A stretch of 16,858 bases of DNA from the UHGV virus genome UHGV-0362799. The stretch is one strand, 5' to 3'. Shown here one piece after another: positions 16,001 through 16,858 of the stretch. The notes under the pieces are model-generated. The model ran no database searches, was not told where the DNA came from, and saw only the letters and a list, made by a program, of their open reading frames with translations. Positions within the stretch are counted from its first letter, which is position 1. Each line of letters starts with the position of its first letter. The stretch is from a virus. The position numbers were made by a program, and so were the translations under genes.

Positions 16001-16137
16001 AGGGATTCAGTGAGAGCGCCCACCTGACGGCGGGCGTTTTCGGTCGGGCGTGTCAGCCGGTCAATTGCGCCAAAGCTGACACGAATATCAAGGGATTTCA
16101 CTGTTGCGGACTCCGCTGCGTTGCGCCGCCCGCTCAC
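13042..16137 (-). CDS. T: Tail tape measure protein (gpT family)
   Basis: 1031-aa ORF, GTG start; coiled-coil-rich N-terminus, Gly/Ala-rich hydrophobic central block and Pro/Ala-rich C-terminus, typical of tape measure proteins; position E/E'-T-U. Confidence 0.9.
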   Translation of the reverse strand: MSGRRNAAESATVKSLDIRVSFGAIDRLTRPTENARRQVGALTESLQKTQDNIQTLDRQSKVFERAAGNLSKYREQIARAEQRLAGLRKAEQNGNTLSEKQREMMTALSARLERLNELRTREREKLQAAAGEMRKHGILLSGSSRTIESAVRRTQQYNEQLERERQALARVTQAQSRYEAAKAQAEKLRNTGAVAMAAGTGGLYAAQRMMAPAMESEQHGAVIAAGSGEGAQDGARYTHIIRNIQADGLADFAGAAEAVSAVRSTLGALGDTGDRELERISRRALDMRTVFGVDVPQSIQAAAIMMKNGLAASSDEATNLMTAGMQRMSAEMRDELPEILHEYSTHFRNMGFTGSETMSLLVEMAKQGKFALDKTGDAVKEFSIRGSDMSKSSVSAYETLGLNAERVSAAIAQGGSTARQAMQVTARALLAIRDPAERANTAIALFGTPVEDLSVDQIPQFLRALADVRDNLGDVSGVADRMGQTLRGNLSGDVQALSGAFSGLRTDIFGTVTEDLRGLVQTVSAWMTRMREWVGEHQALVRGLVLTGGSVLALSSTFGALSLTLGLIAGPLAKLQLGLGLLTGGGGIGGAVRLVSAMALRLTGLPALWGLVTGAVSVLGGALGALFSPVGLIVAALVGGAVLVWKYWDQISAFFSGFFAGVWEALQPLRQAFASLAPVFGLIGDGIKAVWEWFTRLLEPANASKETLDKCTSAGESFGKTLGWVIQNIVLGPLTLLLDGLGTVLKWLGVIPDGIKEAQKETQKLQESAAKQATQKAPVAWEWDPAQKKMVQKPWSWSSDAAENNGDNKPAVPAPAVPGEVRGTADNPVGKPGSKSPLDEAWFRQGIQKTASNTGGLLEETRRRVGPGDIVFKNLPGSEIIHGEWKAPQVVRTVQAVSAGVGLTDALTMLWQRLTGVLPTPAVSAPAPVVNVARQVSALPQPRNVAEGMTGAVMASAPVAEAIRPPLRPDAARREAAPQPQAAAFSGEIHVHLHNVNTQNPRELAKLVGEAVREEMRRQARTGMNSFRDRD

Positions 16138-16635
16138 GCCAGCTCATCACCTCGACGAGAGGCATTGAGAATATCTCGCCGGGCGACCAGTTAAACACGA
16201 CTGCTATATCGGCGACCAGTTCTTCAACGTTGTCGAACTTCGCCAGCGTGATTACGCTTCCATCACCGCCACGGACGGTTTCGCAGACTCCGTGGGAGCC
16301 AAAAAATTCGCCACCAGAGTAGCCAGCGCCACGAAATCACCGGTGGACAGTGACTGAATTTCTGCCAGCTTCAGGCGTGGTGCGGTCACGCGCGAAAGCA
16401 ATGTCATCACCGGGTCTGTTTTGAGGTTCAGCACCTCAATCAGCGACAGCCCGCGCAGTGAGCCTGCCTGGCGGATTTCCTCGCCAATCTCCACATAGTC
16501 AATAACGCGTTCGCCACGCACCACCGGGCAGGATAACTGCACACCCGTTTTTTCCTCTGCGGCTTCTGCGTTATCCACGGTGTTTTCCTCTGCAACGATT
16601 TCGTCTTTCATGATGTCATCTTTCTTTGCTGCCAT
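16088..16635 (-). CDS. Tail assembly chaperone frameshift product E+E' (-1 programmed frameshift)
   Basis: Slippery heptamer T_TTT_TTG on the - strand (+ coords 16300-16306) inside E. The -1 frame continues 70 codons (GSHGVCETVRGGDGSVITLAKFDNVEELVADIAVVFNWSPGEIFSMPLVEVMSWRERAAQRSGVRNSEIP) to a TGA at 16088-16090, overlapping the T start by about 50 nt as in P2 E/E'/T. Confidence 0.6.
16252..16635 (-). CDS. E: Tail assembly chaperone (gpE family)
   Basis: 127-aa ORF upstream of T with RBS AGGAGAAAG; contains the P2-type slippery site; acidic N-terminal extension (true start may be the internal Met 9). Confidence 0.8.
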   Translation of the reverse strand: MAAKKDDIMKDEIVAEENTVDNAEAAEEKTGVQLSCPVVRGERVIDYVEIGEEIRQAGSLRGLSLIEVLNLKTDPVMTLLSRVTAPRLKLAEIQSLSTGDFVALATLVANFLAPTESAKPSVAVMEA

Positions 16636-16650
16636 TTTTCTTTCTCCTGT

Positions 16651-16669
16651 GGCGGCACAATGTGCCGCC
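16651..16669 (-). promoter_or_regulatory. Intercistronic stem-loop between the tail tube gene and E
   Basis: Palindrome GGCGGCAC-AAT-GTGCCGCC (8-bp stem) between the tube gene stop (16682-16684) and the E RBS; no U-tract. Confidence 0.4.
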
Positions 16670-16681
16670 CTGTTAATGCTG

Positions 16682-16858
16682 TCAGTTCAGACCGAGCGCC
16701 GAACTCACGCGATCGCCAAAGACGTTCTGGCCGTCTTTTTTGTAGATGAAGTTCAGCAGGTCGATTTCTGTCACATCGCTGTCATCCACCGACTCCTTGT
16801 AGTAGGTGTTTTTGACGGCGAAGGTGTACTGTGTGGTGTCGCCCTGTTTGGTTTCGCC
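16682..16858 (-). CDS. FII: Tail tube protein (gpFII-like), 3' partial; 5' end lies beyond the window
   Basis: Open frame on the - strand from the window edge to TGA at 16682-16684 (…GETKQGDTTQYTFAVKNTYYKESVDDSDVTEIDLLNFIYKKDGQNVFGDRVSSALGLN*); position immediately upstream of E/E'/T matches the tail tube gene. Not in the ORF track because it has no start codon in the window. Confidence 0.6.
   Translation of the reverse strand, partial: GETKQGDTTQYTFAVKNTYYKESVDDSDVTEIDLLNFIYKKDGQNVFGDRVSSALGLN

Noticed and set aside
13009-16194. Multiple + strand ORFs (for example 13009-13743 and 15100-16194) inside the tape measure region
   Set aside because: All are antisense to the 1031-aa tape measure ORF, low-complexity and Arg/Pro/Cys-rich; shadow ORFs of a GC-rich gene.

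Overview
This window is the late (morphogenesis plus lysis) region of a P2-like (Peduovirus-type) prophage of a GC-rich enterobacterial host. All calls rest on reading the sequence and recalling protein families; no database search or computation was run. On the + strand, in order: capsid scaffold (O), major capsid (N), small terminase (M), head completion (L), tail protein X, a lysis cassette (class II holin, GH24 endolysin with an N-terminal hydrophobic segment, and nested LysB/LysC spanins), tail completion R and S, baseplate V, W, J, I, and a 948-aa mosaic tail fiber (H) followed by a translationally coupled 94-aa membrane protein. On the - strand, converging on the fiber, lie the tail tube gene (3' part), the E/E' chaperone with a T_TTT_TTG -1 frameshift site, the tape measure (T) and U. 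The most unusual feature is the roughly 0.8-kb AT-rich, non-coding island (about 11.75-12.57 kb) between the two convergent operons. It contains five +-strand hairpin/T-tract terminators, two short promoter-to-terminator units that look like sRNA genes, phased ATTGCAAT palindromes that look like operators, and a degenerate direct duplicate of the gpU 3' end with its terminator, which points to an insertion or recombination scar. The second unusual feature is the tail fiber: it keeps the conserved P2 gpH N-terminus but carries a divergent globular centre and what looks like a C-terminal self-cleaving intramolecular chaperone domain, which fits the absence of a gpG-like assembly gene. Relative to canonical P2 order, the F-operon genes are inverted, and lysA, G, Z/fun and D are not found where expected.
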